64,000 nt of DNA from Tricharina praecox. Its lineage: Eukaryota. Shown piece by piece: positions 62,401 to 64,000 of this stretch; within the stretch, counting starts at the first letter, position 1; each line of letters starts with the position of its first letter. The stretch lies in the NCBI RefSeq assembly GCF_024521635.1, contig NW_026250408.1, positions 186,001 to 250,000 of the forward strand. Direction: 5' to 3'. Below the pieces are notes generated by a model that did no database searches, was not told the origin of the DNA, and saw only the letters and a list, made by a program, of their open reading frames with translations. The translations under genes and the position numbers were made by a program.

Positions 62401-63669
62401 ACCCGGAAAAAAACACTTGCCAACCAACCAACCACCGCGATACACTACTATAGACTACTCGGCGGTACATACATAGGTGCAAGATTTGCCCGTCGCACGA
62501 ACGGAAAGGCACATCCGCTGAGGAATCCGGGCCCCATGTGTGTGTGTATGTGTGTGGGGGGTGAAAACTATCCTCACACGGGTTGATCGGGGAAGTGGGG
62601 TGGACTGAGGTGATCAACGTGCGGATTCATCTTCATCTTCGGTACGGTGCGGTTATTTCGTGCTGAGGATTTGGGATCCTGCGGGATCCAGTGTGGATCC
62701 AGTGGGGGGCTATTGGTGCTAGTCGTGAAGCGGTTGGACCGCATGTGCAGATTTAATTCCTTCTAGATGGTCGGAATGATGTGGGGTGCTTGCCCGCCCC
62801 GCCCCTTCCCTTCCCTTCCCTGCTTGCAGTCTGTGCACGCTGCCGTCGCGGGTTTTCGATAGCTATAGTTATATGTGGTGTGGAGTACTCTAGAGTCTAC
62901 GTAGCTAGGCGGGTTGGGTTGGTTCCGCGTGTAGTTAAAGACGATCCTGCGCGAGGGTCGCAGTGAAAGCGCGAGTGGGCAGATACATACTATTATACCG
63001 TAGTGACTACTGAGTTGCTGATAACTACAAGCAGCTGTTTTTCTAGCAACCATACAGCCAGCCAGCTAGCAAGTGAGCCTGCGGATCTGGGGTGGACATG
63101 GAAACAGATGACCAATACTTTGGACGCACCGATTGTCACTCGCGCCGCTCGCAGAATCCGGAGATGAGAACGCGGAAGCGGGGTAAGATGTGAAGATCGG
63201 TGGGCAATGCGGGCATGGATGTGAAGGGCGCAAGATAAGGGTATCGTGGCCAACCGAAATTTCCGCGATTGGCATCATCCGTACATAGTCACGGCGAAAG
63301 AACGGTCTTGAGCGACGGTCCATCTCGCTGTGGATATCATCAGTAAGTGGGACTTGAGTAGGTATCCTAAGGCCCGCCGTCTTCTTGTACACATATGCCA
63401 CGCAATATCGGCTCCGCGTACATGCTAAATACATACTCTCAGCGAGTCAGTTCGTAGGCCAGCACGTGGTAATCTCCACAGAGATTTCGCCGTTCAGGAA
63501 GAACATCCAGAAAATGTCCGCCGAACCTCCGCCGAGCCTCCACCAGAGGATAGAGGCCCGAGAGGAGTTGTCCGATGTGCAATAATCTCCAGTGTCCTCC
63601 TCTGGGGTCCTCTCTCCACGAGCCGTCTCGTGCAGGCCTACCCTCCCCACGACTCGAATTACCACAACG

Positions 63670-64000
63670 TATGTACTACTACCACAACGGTCCCATCGAA
63701 GGAGTCACGGTGGGCCAGTGGAGACCCAGATCGGACTTTGACAACCCATAGTTACGACGGAGATGAAAGAACCTCCACGAACAGCCGGTATCGTACATCG
63801 AACACTTCCGTTCCGCCTGATGCCAACACACCAGTCTCGATTCTCGAAGCCCGCATAAACACTTGGAGGAGGAGCGCAAGTACCGCGCGGTTGCAAGCGC
63901 CCTGTCCTCTATCATCCCCAATAAACATCTCGTTGCGATGCTCAATGTGAACTACGGCACCCACTCACTTCCGGATTTCCTCCTCTGTTTGGAAGGCATG
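63670..64000 (+). pseudogene. Possible degenerate retrotransposon gag-like coding relic running off the window end
   Basis: One frame with three stops reads ..KNLHEQPVSYIEHFRSA*..LEEERKYRAVASALSSIIPNKHLVAMLNVNYGTHSLPDFLLCLEGM; EQPVSYIEHFR loosely resembles the gag major homology region. Confidence 0.25.

Overview
Eukaryotic DNA from a filamentous ascomycete, shown by short GT-AG introns with CTAAC/CTGAC branch sites. The NACHT and LINE types suggest Pezizomycetes, but that is inference. From left to right: an intact 6-exon secreted GH39-type glycoside hydrolase; a decaying cluster of three paralogous fungal NLR-like loci (SesB-like alpha/beta-hydrolase, tandem NACHT, ankyrin), all with stops or frameshifts; a GNAT acetyltransferase; a convergent hypothetical gene; a ~2,400-aa charged low-complexity protein bracketed by a ~1 kb inverted-repeat element with a tRNA-like Pol III head; four co-oriented minus-strand orphan genes (a small basic protein, a mucin-like membrane protein and two small paralogous membrane proteins separated by a LINE relic); and a ~23 kb gene-poor, microsatellite-rich region. 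That region holds one intact gene I can support, a 4-exon Clr5-domain gene not evident from the ORF track. It also holds a complete 824-bp Mutator-like MITE with a perfect 9-bp TSD, whose internal sequence recurs on both sides of the first NLR locus. No rRNA, intact tRNA or CRISPR array was found. All family assignments come from motif recognition by eye, not from database searches.
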